A DNA stretch of 64,000 bases from a candidate division WOR-3 bacterium (GTDB taxonomy: Bacteria > Hydrothermota > Tepidihabitantia > Tepidihabitantales > JBDRVQ01). Shown here piece after piece: positions 39,856 to 49,480 of the stretch. The stretch's first letter is position 1. The number at the start of each line of letters is the position of its first letter. The notes beneath the pieces were generated by a model, which was not told the origin of the DNA, ran no database searches, and saw only the letters and a list, made by a program, of their open reading frames with translations. Made by a program: the position numbers and the translations under genes. The stretch covers positions 29,635-93,634 of the forward strand of contig JBDRVQ010000001.1 of NCBI GenBank assembly GCA_039801905.1, given 5' to 3'.

Positions 39856-41246
39856 TTCCGAGTTTTAACTCTCCCCTCCCGGGAGAAAACTCCCCGGTAG
39901 GTGTGCCAAAGATGAGGACTGTGAACCCGACCCGCCGGAAAAGCGAAAATCCTCTCATCCCAAGAAGTGGCTAATAAGATCCCATCCCGGGTGAGGGTTA
40001 AAGATGGGGTGATGAAAAACCCTTTCTCACTATAGGCGATCTCCTTCCGAAAGAGAAGTTGCCCATCTTCCCGCAGGGAATAGAGATACCCGTCATCGGA
40101 GAAGAGAAAGACCCGACCGTCTTCGGTCACAACCGGACTGGCGATGATTTCGTCATCGGTAGTAAAAAATGGGATTAAACCACCGTACCTCCCTTTTTTA
40201 TAAAGGACACCATCATCCGCCCCGAAGAGAAAAGTATCTCCCCGAAAAACTCCTTCACATCTTATCGGATCCTCTTCGGGGGTGGCTGCCTTCCAGAGCA
40301 ACTCCCCTTTTTTATTCAAGGCGTAGAGAAAACCATCTTCACAACCTGCCAGAAGATAACCATCTGGACTCAGTTGGCAGCCGGTGAGGAAAGGATCTTC
40401 GTTGGGAGTTTGCCAAGAGAAAAGCATTTTGCCATCCCTCGTGAAGGAGTAGATACCATCCGCGGTCAAAAAGATTTGACCTTTTTCGTCAATCGTCACC
40501 GGAGAAGGTTCACTAGCGACCTTCTTTTTCCATAGTAACTTACCTCCCAAAGAAAGGGAGAATAATTGGCCATCATCGGTAACGAAGAAGATTCTTTCCC
40601 CATCCGTAGCCGCTGGTTGGTAAATCTCGCTACCCGCCGAAAATTGCCAGAGCAGTTTGCCGGTAGTATCAAGGCAATAGAGGGTTGAATCAAGGGCACC
40701 GAAGATAACCTTATCCCTAAAAACTATGGGGGTGGCGTAAACCGAATTTCGGGTAGAAAAAGAGAAACGGAAAGCCCCATCCTTCCGAAAAGAGATTAAG
40801 GCATTATCTTCTAACCCCAAATAGAGATTGTCGTTTTCGTCTAAGGCGGGGGTAGAAATCGTAGCGGAAGGTAAAGGGATTTCAAAAAGGGCAAGCCTCT
40901 CTTTAATCTCAATCGCCAACGATTCAACCGCGGTAAAACCTTTCTTACTGTGCCCTGCAACCTTCAGCCAGTAAACCCCCGGTTTTTTATACTGATGTCC
41001 CACTTCAATCTCCCCTGAAACAAAAGAAGAGCGATAGACCTCTCCGTCGCCAAAGAATACTTCATAAACTAAGGTCTCGGGCTTCTCTGTGGAAATGGTA
41101 AAAAGCACCTCCTCTGTGGTATCACCAAAGAGGGGAACTTTCTTTAAATTCAAGACCGGCTGAGCAAAAACGAAAGGATAAGTGAAAAAGATAATTATTA
41201 GAGGAAAGGAAAAAGGGATGAGGATTTTCTCTTTTCTAACTGCCAT
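39852..41246 (-). CDS. exported PQQ-like beta-propeller repeat protein with N-terminal Ig/PKD-like domain
   Basis: Signal peptide. Repeated ...DG.L..L...GKLLW... PQQ/BamB-type blades. Confidence 0.6.
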   Translation of the reverse strand: MAVRKEKILIPFSFPLIIIFFTYPFVFAQPVLNLKKVPLFGDTTEEVLFTISTEKPETLVYEVFFGDGEVYRSSFVSGEIEVGHQYKKPGVYWLKVAGHSKKGFTAVESLAIEIKERLALFEIPLPSATISTPALDENDNLYLGLEDNALISFRKDGAFRFSFSTRNSVYATPIVFRDKVIFGALDSTLYCLDTTGKLLWQFSAGSEIYQPAATDGERIFFVTDDGQLFSLSLGGKLLWKKKVASEPSPVTIDEKGQIFLTADGIYSFTRDGKMLFSWQTPNEDPFLTGCQLSPDGYLLAGCEDGFLYALNKKGELLWKAATPEEDPIRCEGVFRGDTFLFGADDGVLYKKGRYGGLIPFFTTDDEIIASPVVTEDGRVFLFSDDGYLYSLREDGQLLFRKEIAYSEKGFFITPSLTLTRDGILLATSWDERIFAFPAGRVHSPHLWHTYRGVFSREGRVKTRK

Positions 41247-41727
41247 CTTCCCTCCTTTTTTTCTTAATCTCTATCTTTTCTACCTTGATCTTTGCCTCTC
41301 TTAAAAATTTATTCGCCAGTTGGTCATAATAAGGTTCTAAGAAGCAGATCCTTTTAATCCGGGCGTTAATTAGCATCTTGACACAGGTGATACAAGGTTG
41401 ATGGGTAGAATAAAGAGTGGCGCCGGAGACATCAATTCCAAAAGCAGCGGCTTGTAATAAAGCATTCTGCTCCCCGTGGAGACCCCGGCAGAGTTCAATC
41501 CGCTCGCCCGGTTTTAAACCCAGCCTCTCCCGCAAACAACCTGTCTCCGCACAATGCTTTAAGCCGGTGGGTGCTCCGTTATAACCGGTGGCTAATATCC
41601 TTTTATCCTTCACCAAAATCGCCCCCACCTTTCGCCGGAGACAGGTGGAACGTTCGGAGACCATCTGGGCAATTTGGATAAAGTATTCATCCCAAGAGAG
41701 GCGGCTATCTTTCTCCTTTCTTCTCAT
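41236..41727 (-). CDS. dCMP (deoxycytidylate) deaminase
   Basis: HAE...PCxxC zinc-binding motifs ([21 protein letters not shown]). Confidence 0.85.
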   Translation of the reverse strand: MRRKEKDSRLSWDEYFIQIAQMVSERSTCLRRKVGAILVKDKRILATGYNGAPTGLKHCAETGCLRERLGLKPGERIELCRGLHGEQNALLQAAAFGIDVSGATLYSTHQPCITCVKMLINARIKRICFLEPYYDQLANKFLREAKIKVEKIEIKKKRREDGS

Positions 41728-42584
41728 TTTAGGAGATAGTGGGCGATATTCGCCTTTTTATCTAAAACCGGTCTGATCTTCCCATTAGGAGAAGTGGCAA
41801 TCGTTGTTACCCCCGGCCCGTGGCCCGCGACGACGCAGTTGGCATGGACCACAACCCCAATGGAGACGGCGCCGCGTCTTAAACACCGGCCGTAGGTATT
41901 GTCTGTGTCCAAAAGGCAGACAATATCCCCAAAACGGAGTTCGTTCAGCCGAAGTTTTCTTACGAGATCTTGGTCTTGCGTCGTGATATCATAATCACCA
42001 GTAGAGGTGGTAACCCCGCCCAAACCGGAGCCCATCACCTCCGGGGGAAGGATATGGGTTACCGGAAAATGAAGAAACCCGTTTTTAATTTTCAGGTCAA
42101 ATTTTTCCAATAAATTGGGGTCAAGATTATAAAATTTAACGGAAGGTAAGCCCAAAATCTCCAAACCCTGCCCCACTGCCTTAATCTGAATTTTATCCCC
42201 AATCACCAATTTCTCTAAGGTCTCTTCGGGAAAATAGACTAAAATATGCTCAATCCCTCCGTGTTTACCGGTGACAAAACCTTCATCCCCCTTCGCCTCC
42301 CCAGAAACCACCTTCGCGGAATTACCGATACAGGCATAAGTGTTGAGCGCCCGATTTTCGTCTTCATCCTTCACCCGGATGGAAACACCCGGTTCTAAGT
42401 GGTCGCCCACCCAACCGAAGACGGGATCACCAATTTTTATATTATAGACAATTCCCCCGGTTCCGGGAAAGACCTTCGGTTCTCCTTTATAATCAATGGT
42501 GTAAGGTTGGCGTCTTCGGGGAGGGGCAACCTCTCCCAGGACAGAGATCCAGGGTAAAAATTCTTTATTGGTCTTTATCTTCAT
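41724..42584 (-). CDS. conserved hypothetical protein (DUF4438-like)
   Basis: No catalytic motif recognised. Sits between the 2-oxoacid oxidoreductase genes and the dCMP deaminase. Start uncertain (ORF extends to 42596). Confidence 0.4.
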   Translation of the reverse strand: MKIKTNKEFLPWISVLGEVAPPRRRQPYTIDYKGEPKVFPGTGGIVYNIKIGDPVFGWVGDHLEPGVSIRVKDEDENRALNTYACIGNSAKVVSGEAKGDEGFVTGKHGGIEHILVYFPEETLEKLVIGDKIQIKAVGQGLEILGLPSVKFYNLDPNLLEKFDLKIKNGFLHFPVTHILPPEVMGSGLGGVTTSTGDYDITTQDQDLVRKLRLNELRFGDIVCLLDTDNTYGRCLRRGAVSIGVVVHANCVVAGHGPGVTTIATSPNGKIRPVLDKKANIAHYLLK

Positions 42585-43110
42585 AGTTCCCTCCAAAGAA
42601 ATAACCTTCCTTTAACGCCTTAATATTAACTTCTAAGGTCTTACCCTTCATCTTCTCTTTAAGAACCGAGCAGAGATTGTCTAAAGAGACAATCTCTGTG
42701 CGGCGGGCAAAATATCCCAAAATGACCATATTTGCCACCTGAGGCGATTGGCATACCTCTTGGGCAATCTTTTGGGCAGGGATGGGAAAATGATTCCTTT
42801 CCCATTTCCAATTGCAGATGGTAGCATCCAAAAAGACTTTTGTCTCTTCGCTAATCAAAGGAATGATTTTCTCATAACCTTCCGAGGCAAGGGAAATTAA
42901 ATATTCAGGTTTTAAAACAAAAGGGGAGGAAATTTCCTTTTCGGAAATCATCACATCACAACTCACATCTCCTCCCCGAGCCTGAGAAGAGTAGCCGGCA
43001 ATGGCACTGGCGAATTTCCCTTTAAGAATGGCGGCGTGAGCTAAAATCTCCCCCGCCAGAACAATTCCTTGTCCTCCTTTTCCGACGATTTTAATCTCAA
43101 TCATATTCAC
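42565..43110 (-). CDS. 2-oxoacid:ferredoxin oxidoreductase, gamma subunit
   Basis: IVGKGGQGIVLAGEILA motif typical of POR/KOR/VOR gamma subunits. Confidence 0.85.
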   Translation of the reverse strand: MNMIEIKIVGKGGQGIVLAGEILAHAAILKGKFASAIAGYSSQARGGDVSCDVMISEKEISSPFVLKPEYLISLASEGYEKIIPLISEETKVFLDATICNWKWERNHFPIPAQKIAQEVCQSPQVANMVILGYFARRTEIVSLDNLCSVLKEKMKGKTLEVNIKALKEGYFFGGNYEDKDQ

Positions 43111-43864
43111 CGATGATAATTTTCCCTTTTAAATCCCCTTTTCCCATCACCTTTGCTTTCTCATAAGAAATTACCACCTTCTTTATCTCTTGGAAGTAGT
43201 CGTAAATGGAAAAAAGTCTATTTCGCCTCCCAAATTGGGTGACACAGGGAGAGATAACATCAATGAAGGAAAATCCCTTACTCGTCAAAGCCTTGACGAT
43301 AGCCTTGATCAAAGGTTTCGTATGGAAGACCGTCCAGCGGCTCACATAATCCGCCTCACAACTCTTAACCAATCGGCACAGATCAAAGGGGCGTTCTTCG
43401 TTGCCAAAAGGGGTTGTCTCCGTGAGACAACCTTCCGGGGTGGTTGGGGAAACTTGCCCCCCGGTCATCCCGTAGATAGAATTATTAGCACAGATCACCA
43501 CCAGCGGCAGATTCCTCCTTGCGGCGTGGATTAAATGATTCCCCCCAATCGCCGCCAAATCCCCATCCCCAGAGATGACAACGACTTTTAAGTCGGGTCG
43601 GGTGAGGCAAACTCCGGTGGCGTAGGCTATTGCCCGACCGTGTAGGGTATGTAAGGTATCAGCCTTAAAGTGGGGAGAAGGGATCCAGGCACCGCAACCG
43701 ATCCCGGAGACAAAAACCATTTTGGTGAAATCTAAGTGACCGGAGGTGGACAACTCGTCAATCGCCCGCAAGATGGCTTGCAGCAAAATCCCATGGCCAC
43801 AACCCGGACAAAAAGGTGTTGGAAAGACCTCCTCTCTCAAATATTTATAAAGATGGCGGCTCAT
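43097..43864 (-). CDS. 2-oxoacid:ferredoxin oxidoreductase, beta subunit (TPP-binding)
   Basis: CPGCGHG and GDGD TPP-binding motifs. Confidence 0.85.
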   Translation of the reverse strand: MSRHLYKYLREEVFPTPFCPGCGHGILLQAILRAIDELSTSGHLDFTKMVFVSGIGCGAWIPSPHFKADTLHTLHGRAIAYATGVCLTRPDLKVVVISGDGDLAAIGGNHLIHAARRNLPLVVICANNSIYGMTGGQVSPTTPEGCLTETTPFGNEERPFDLCRLVKSCEADYVSRWTVFHTKPLIKAIVKALTSKGFSFIDVISPCVTQFGRRNRLFSIYDYFQEIKKVVISYEKAKVMGKGDLKGKIIIGEYD

Positions 43865-44991
43865 AAAATCTCCTCAATCTTTTTCATCACCTCCCAGGGG
43901 TAAATCGCCTCTCCTTTCGTCTTAAAAAGCCCAAGGATCTCCTTTCCGGGAAGGATCCGTTGCACCTCGTTAATCAATTGGCCACAATTCATCTCGCAGA
44001 CCAGAATCTTTCGGGCAGGAATTTTCTTTAACTCCTCCTCCGGAAAGGGCCAGATGGTGATGGGCCGGAAGAGGCCAACTTTAATACCTTCTTTCCGTAA
44101 ACTATCCACCGCGTAATAACTACTCCGCGCGGTGATGCCGAAGGCAATAAGACAAATATCACAATCTTCTGTGAAATAGGTTTCAAAGCGAATAATTTCC
44201 CCTCTATTCTTATCAATCTTTTCGCAAAGACGCCGGTTTAATCTATCCTGCACCTCTGGGTGATAGACCTTTCTCACCCCCCATTCGTTGTGGGTTGAGC
44301 CGGTAACTAAAAGTGCCTCCCCTTCTCCGAAGGCGGGCATCGGCGGAATTAATTCTCCCCCAAAAGGTGGCTTACCTTTTTCTTTATTCCGGTCAAAAAT
44401 TACTACCTCCGGTTTCACCAAAAGGGTCTCCTTCAAATGGCCAATAACCTCATCCCCCAAAAGGATGACCGGAACTCTGTATCTTTCGGAAAGATTAAAG
44501 GCGAGGATGGTCAAATCGTACATCTCCTGAACCGACCAGGGAGAAAGGGCAATGATCCGGTAATCACCATGAGCACCCCATCTTGCTTGCATAATGTCAC
44601 CCTGGCCGGGTCTTGTCGCTTGACCAGTAGCCGGTCCCTGCCTCTGGATATTAACGATGACAATTGGGGTTTCGGTCATTAAGGCATACCCAATCCCTTC
44701 CAACATCAGAGAAAAACCCGGACCAGAAGTGGCGGTCATCGCCTTCACCCCCGACCAGGAGGCCCCGATACAGGCACTGATGGAACCAATCTCATCCTCC
44801 ATCTGGATGAAAAAACCACCTACTTCCTTCAACCTTTTTGCCATATGCTCCATAATCTCTGAAGAAGGGGTGATGGGGTAACCGGCATAAAACCGACAAC
44901 CCGCAGCTAATGCCCCTTCGGCACAGGCAATATTCCCCGCCAGGAAGTAGCGCTGGGGGGAAAGAAGCGCTTTTTCTATTCTTTCTGGCAT
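43861..44991 (-). CDS. 2-oxoacid:ferredoxin oxidoreductase, alpha subunit
   Basis: GNIACAEGALAAGC...YPITPSSEI N-terminal region. The ORF extends to 45051; the internal Met at 44991 is the likelier start. Confidence 0.8.
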   Translation of the reverse strand: MPERIEKALLSPQRYFLAGNIACAEGALAAGCRFYAGYPITPSSEIMEHMAKRLKEVGGFFIQMEDEIGSISACIGASWSGVKAMTATSGPGFSLMLEGIGYALMTETPIVIVNIQRQGPATGQATRPGQGDIMQARWGAHGDYRIIALSPWSVQEMYDLTILAFNLSERYRVPVILLGDEVIGHLKETLLVKPEVVIFDRNKEKGKPPFGGELIPPMPAFGEGEALLVTGSTHNEWGVRKVYHPEVQDRLNRRLCEKIDKNRGEIIRFETYFTEDCDICLIAFGITARSSYYAVDSLRKEGIKVGLFRPITIWPFPEEELKKIPARKILVCEMNCGQLINEVQRILPGKEILGLFKTKGEAIYPWEVMKKIEEIL

Positions 44992-45170
44992 TTCTCCACC
45001 GTGATCGCCAAATCCGGGCAGAGGTATTCGCAGAGGAGACAACCGATACATTTCTCCTCGTGCGCCACCTTGGGAAGAGAAGCGTCTTTCTCAAAAACTT
45101 TTTTGGGACAGATTTGGTAGCAAAAAAGACAACCTTTACACCATTCTTTACGGATTGCGACCTTAAACAT
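44976..45170 (-). CDS. 2-oxoacid:ferredoxin oxidoreductase, delta subunit (2x[4Fe-4S] ferredoxin)
   Basis: Two CxxCxxCxxxCP motifs in 64 aa. Confidence 0.8.
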   Translation of the reverse strand: MFKVAIRKEWCKGCLFCYQICPKKVFEKDASLPKVAHEEKCIGCLLCEYLCPDLAITVEKCQKE

Positions 45171-45171
45171 C

Positions 45172-46371
45172 TTATCCCTTCGGAGTGAAAAAGGCCCCCG
45201 TGAAAAGTATTAAGCCGGTGCGATTATCCCGAATGGCAAAGAAGAAGGGACGATTGAATACAAGATGAAACCTTTCTGGGAGGGCGGTTAAAGCCATCTC
45301 TACCGAAGTGACCGCTGCCGCCTCGGTTCCCTCTTCTGTTATGCTGAGGTAGGTCTTATGCCGGACATCGTTAATAAATAATCCCCCTTCCCCGCTCATG
45401 CCAGTAAAATCCGCCTTCTTTGGATCAAAGGCAATTGCCATATTCATCCTTTTTAAGATTTCTTTGAATGATTTTTCGTATGTCAAATGAATTCTGGGTA
45501 AAGAGATCTCCCCTTCTCTCTCATCAAACTCCTTTAAGACTTCTTCCCATCTTCCCCCTAACCATTGAACCAAACTGGCAAGGGGAAAGTTAGTATCGGG
45601 TAGAAAAAGGTAAATACTCACTTCCCCCTTTCCATAAGGCAAAGCAACTGCCGCCCAATTTTCCTTTTTGAGATAAAGAAACCTTCCCGATTGGGACATC
45701 AGCAAAATTTTCTCTTCCCCTCGGGGGGAATAAAAGAAATCTTCCTTCGTTTTCTCTTTTGGAAACTCCCTTTGCCACTTCCCTTGAAAGTAAACCGCAT
45801 TCAAAATGAATAGCACCACATTTCTCTCAATTTTTTCTATAATTTTTTCTATCTTCCCCTTGGTATTTTTCCTAACCCACTGATTAATCTCTTTTATCGC
45901 TGAGGGCTGGGAGAAGTCTAAGGTTTTTATCTTTGCTTTGAAGAACTTTCTATTTCTTTCTAAGAATTCCCTCTTTAAGGAAATTCCCTTTCTCGCCCAC
46001 AAAGAGTTAGCAATTTTTAATTCTACCTGGGGAATAGGTCTTCTTAGGAATTGGTGGAGATCGCTTAAGGCGGTATTCAAGGAGTCTAACTTCATCTCTT
46101 TTAAGTTAAGGGTTTTAGCCATCGCCTCTTTTGTTTCCCCTCCCGCTCCGTTATAAGTGCTCACCAGAGCAAGATAAACACTGATTGGAGAGATGAAGAT
46201 ATTCTCATTAAAATCTTCTGCCATTAACTCCGAAAAGAGGGAAAAACCAAACCGATTATTCCCTTGGACAAACAGAGGTGAAACCCCGGCCCTTAGCCAA
46301 GAGAAGAGAAGAAAGGAGAGAAAAACCCAGCCCTTCAACTTTTCCTTCTTCCCTTTCCAGTTTTTAAGCAT
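45172..46371 (-). CDS. serpin (serine protease inhibitor), secreted
   Basis: Hinge EEGTEAAAVT and C-terminal FNRPFFFAIRDNRTGLILFTGAF serpin signature; signal peptide. Confidence 0.85.
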   Translation of the reverse strand: MLKNWKGKKEKLKGWVFLSFLLFSWLRAGVSPLFVQGNNRFGFSLFSELMAEDFNENIFISPISVYLALVSTYNGAGGETKEAMAKTLNLKEMKLDSLNTALSDLHQFLRRPIPQVELKIANSLWARKGISLKREFLERNRKFFKAKIKTLDFSQPSAIKEINQWVRKNTKGKIEKIIEKIERNVVLFILNAVYFQGKWQREFPKEKTKEDFFYSPRGEEKILLMSQSGRFLYLKKENWAAVALPYGKGEVSIYLFLPDTNFPLASLVQWLGGRWEEVLKEFDEREGEISLPRIHLTYEKSFKEILKRMNMAIAFDPKKADFTGMSGEGGLFINDVRHKTYLSITEEGTEAAAVTSVEMALTALPERFHLVFNRPFFFAIRDNRTGLILFTGAFFTPKG

Positions 46372-46376
46372 ACTTA

Positions 46377-46404
46377 ATTATATCTCCGAGAAGGGAGATG
46401 TCAA
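46377..46404 (-). promoter_or_regulatory. consensus sigma-70 promoter TTGACA -16- TATAAT, 5 nt upstream of the serpin ATG (leaderless)
   Basis: Reverse complement of 46372-46404 reads TTGACAtctcccttctcggagaTATAATtaagtATG. Confidence 0.55.
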
Positions 46405-46413
46405 ATTATTAAC

Positions 46414-46441
46414 TTGAATAAGAAGAAAAATACCTTATAAT
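46414..46441 (+). promoter_or_regulatory. sigma-70 promoter TTGAAT -16- TATAAT, 6 nt upstream of the WG-repeat gene ATG (leaderless); divergent from the serpin promoter
   Basis: Read from the sequence. Confidence 0.5.
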
Positions 46442-46447
46442 ATTCAA

Positions 46448-47410
46448 ATGAAAAAGAGATTATTAGTTTTAATTTTTCTCACCACTGGTTTATTGGGAAA
46501 GGAAGAGTTTCCCGCTTTATTCCCGATTCGGCAAAACTTCCGCTACGGATTGATTGACTCTACGGGAAAAATTGTCGTCAAACCACAACTTGATGGAATT
46601 GATGACTTCTCAGAAGGGATGGCAGTGATTAGAATCAATAACCAGTGGGGTTATATTGATGCCCGGAACTGGCAGGTCTTAAAGACTAAGTTTGAACAGG
46701 TTGGCCGTTTCTCCGAAGGGAAGGCGCGTGTCTTATACAAAGGGAAATGGGGTTATATTGACCGAAATGGGAAATTTGTGATCAAGCCCCAGTTTGAGTT
46801 CGCCGGTGATTTTCGGGAAGGGAAGGCCGCGGTGGGTATTGGGGGCAAGGTTGGTTACATTGATTCTACTGGTAAATTTATTATCAGTCCCCAGTTTTTC
46901 TCCACCTTCAACTTTTCCGAAGGGAGAGCGGGTGTTTTAGTTGGTAATAAACTCGGTTATATTGATTCGACCGGCAAGGTGGTGATTAAACCGATCTTTG
47001 ATTTCATCTGGGACTTTAAGGAAGGTTTGGCTCGGGTAATGGTCAATAGGAAATGGGGTTATATTGACCGAAATGGGAAGTTTGTGATTAAGCCCCGGTT
47101 TGATGAGGCATTTGATTTTTCGGAGAGTCTGGCCGCGGTCCGGGTGAAGGAGAAAATCGGTTATATTGACAAAAAGGGTAAATTTGTTATCAAACCGAAA
47201 TTTAAAGCCGGTGGCGAATTTTCAGAAGGACTTGCCCCGGCCTTAGCCGATAGTCTTTGGGGTTATATTGATAAAACTGGTGAGTTTAAGATTCAACCGA
47301 GTTTTGAAATCGCCTATCCCTTCTTTCGGGGTTTGGCAAAAGTGCAAATGAAAGGAAAGATCGGTTATATTGATAGAAGGGGAATTTTTATCTGGGAGCC
47401 AACGGAGTAG
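46448..47410 (+). CDS. WG-repeat (KWG) containing lipoprotein/exported protein
   Basis: Eight tandem units of about 37 aa with KWGYIDxxGKxVIKPxF. Confidence 0.8.
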   Translation: MKKRLLVLIFLTTGLLGKEEFPALFPIRQNFRYGLIDSTGKIVVKPQLDGIDDFSEGMAVIRINNQWGYIDARNWQVLKTKFEQVGRFSEGKARVLYKGKWGYIDRNGKFVIKPQFEFAGDFREGKAAVGIGGKVGYIDSTGKFIISPQFFSTFNFSEGRAGVLVGNKLGYIDSTGKVVIKPIFDFIWDFKEGLARVMVNRKWGYIDRNGKFVIKPRFDEAFDFSESLAAVRVKEKIGYIDKKGKFVIKPKFKAGGEFSEGLAPALADSLWGYIDKTGEFKIQPSFEIAYPFFRGLAKVQMKGKIGYIDRRGIFIWEPTE

Positions 47411-47429
47411 ACTGGTTAAAAGTTAGTGA

Positions 47430-48719
47430 TTAGACCTTTTGGATATGGCAGGAGCAAGAGATGCAAGGGTCGTAAGCCCGGACGACCATCTCCAACTCCA
47501 ATTTTGCCTTCTCTTCTCCCACCGAAGAGGAGAATAAATTTGCCGCCGCCACTGTGAGGTGTTTCTCTATTGCATTATAATTTTGCGCGGTGGGGATGAT
47601 TAAATCCGCATTGGTGCATAAACCGTCCTTAAATTCGTAATAGTGAAAGAGACTACCCCGGGGCGCTTCTACTGCTCCCACCCCTTTCCCTTCCCCTTTT
47701 TTAATAGGCACAATCTTCGGAGGTCTTTTAACTTTTAAAATCTTATCGGCGGTATTAATGATCTCCTCTAAGGCAAAAACGATTTCAATCGCCTGCGCCA
47801 AGTTGTTATACAATGGGTTTCTAATCCAACTCAGGCTGTAGCATTTTTGAAATGCCTCGTGGGCGGCGCCGTGTAACCTCTCCCCTAAGAGATTCATTCG
47901 GGCAAGGGCACCAACGAGATAAGGCTTTTCCCGATAGAGGGTCCTCTTAGCGGTGGAATGGGGATAAATCCGTTCCTTGATTGCGGTTCGGAATTCTTCC
48001 ACCGTTCGGTCATCCCCATTAGAAATCATTACCGTATCACCCCAAAACCCGTAGGCATCGGTTGGTGGTTTTAGACAAACGAAAAGCACCCCTTCTTCGG
48101 CATAGGTTGAGTAGTGAAGGTTGCGGAGAAGTTCGGTTGTCCTTATCGCCTCAGGAAGTAGTTTTTCGGCACCGTCCCTTATTGATTTTATCTCCTCTTT
48201 ACTTAAAAAGCGACCAAAACCACCGATGGTTGGATTCTCTCCGTGAATCATTCTCCCAGCCACCGCCTCCATCACATAATTACCAAATTTCTTTAAGCGT
48301 AGTCCGATACCCACTTCTTCGGGATATTTTTCTGCTAAGGCAATCGCATCCGGATAGCCCAAAAAATCCGGGAGGGCGAGGAAGAAGATGTGGAGACTGT
48401 GACTTTCAATCATCTCTCCGTAATGCATCATATTCCGTAATAGGGTAACCTCAGGCGGCACGTTCACCGCCAAAATCTTTTCTAAGGCTCTGATCGCCGC
48501 GTAGCGGTGGGAGATGTTACAGATGGCGCAAATCCGGGGTACGATATTTAACACTTCTGACGCCTCTTTCCCCAAAACCAAAGTTTCAAATAAGCGGGGC
48601 CCTTCCGGAATTTCAAAACGCACCTCCTTCACCTTCCCGTTTCGGAGCCGGACATAAATATTTCCGTGCCCTTCCACCCGGGCTACACTATCAATCCTTA
48701 TCTCCTTTCCTTCCTTCAT
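47430..48719 (-). CDS. hydA: [NiFe] hydrogenase large subunit, group 3b (sulfhydrogenase alpha-like)
   Basis: N-terminal RxCxxC (RICAICNISH) and C-terminal DPCISCSCH Ni-binding motifs. Gene order beta-gamma-delta-alpha. Confidence 0.85.
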   Translation of the reverse strand: MKEGKEIRIDSVARVEGHGNIYVRLRNGKVKEVRFEIPEGPRLFETLVLGKEASEVLNIVPRICAICNISHRYAAIRALEKILAVNVPPEVTLLRNMMHYGEMIESHSLHIFFLALPDFLGYPDAIALAEKYPEEVGIGLRLKKFGNYVMEAVAGRMIHGENPTIGGFGRFLSKEEIKSIRDGAEKLLPEAIRTTELLRNLHYSTYAEEGVLFVCLKPPTDAYGFWGDTVMISNGDDRTVEEFRTAIKERIYPHSTAKRTLYREKPYLVGALARMNLLGERLHGAAHEAFQKCYSLSWIRNPLYNNLAQAIEIVFALEEIINTADKILKVKRPPKIVPIKKGEGKGVGAVEAPRGSLFHYYEFKDGLCTNADLIIPTAQNYNAIEKHLTVAAANLFSSSVGEEKAKLELEMVVRAYDPCISCSCHIQKV

Positions 48720-49480
48720 TTTCCTCTCTTCACCTCTTTAATTTTGGCGCCAAAGAAAAACCTCATCTTTTTCTCTAACTGGCTCTCCTGATACTTCTTT
48801 TCCAATAAGTTCTTTTCCCAGGAGGCAAAATTTCCTCCAGGGACAGGACCGAAACAACCGACACAGGGAAGGTTATCCTTTGGGCACCTTGCTAAACAAC
48901 CTCCGCGCGTCACCGGACCGAGGCAGGGAATATCTTTTAGGAGGAGGCACTCGTTTTCCTGCCACTTACATTCCACACAGACCGGATAGGTAGGTAACTC
49001 AACAGGCAGATTCTTTAAGAGACGAGGAAAATTGAATAGGAATAACTGGGGGGAGATTGGACAACCAGGGAGGAAATAGTCAACCGGGACAAAATACTCT
49101 AAGGGTTTAGATTCAAAGGCTTCTACAATCTTAAAGTTTTTATTATAAACCGAACGGAACCTTTTGGAGAAGTTTGGCTTTCCGGTATACATCGCCTGCA
49201 CCCCTCCAAAAGTGGCACAGGTCCCTAAGGCGACTAAGATCTTGCTTCGCTTGCGCAACTCTTTTAACTTCTCCTCCTGTTCGGTCGTGGTAATGGAGCC
49301 TTCAATGAAGACAATGTCCATCAAGCCATCACCTTCCCTTTTCCCTTGACTTGAGGCGAGGCGGAAACTTACCACCTCAACCGCTTTTAAAACCTCTAAG
49401 AGGTAATCCTCAGAATGGACAATGGTCAAAAGGTCTCCGGCACAACCGGTGAATTCAAAGAAACCAACTTTGGGCTTCAT
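48716..49480 (-). CDS. hydD: [NiFe] hydrogenase small subunit (delta), group 3b
   Basis: FEFTGCAGD proximal-cluster motif. Likely start MKPKVGFF overlapping the gamma stop as ATGA (ORF extends to 49585). Confidence 0.8.
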   Translation of the reverse strand: MKPKVGFFEFTGCAGDLLTIVHSEDYLLEVLKAVEVVSFRLASSQGKREGDGLMDIVFIEGSITTTEQEEKLKELRKRSKILVALGTCATFGGVQAMYTGKPNFSKRFRSVYNKNFKIVEAFESKPLEYFVPVDYFLPGCPISPQLFLFNFPRLLKNLPVELPTYPVCVECKWQENECLLLKDIPCLGPVTRGGCLARCPKDNLPCVGCFGPVPGGNFASWEKNLLEKKYQESQLEKKMRFFFGAKIKEVKRGK

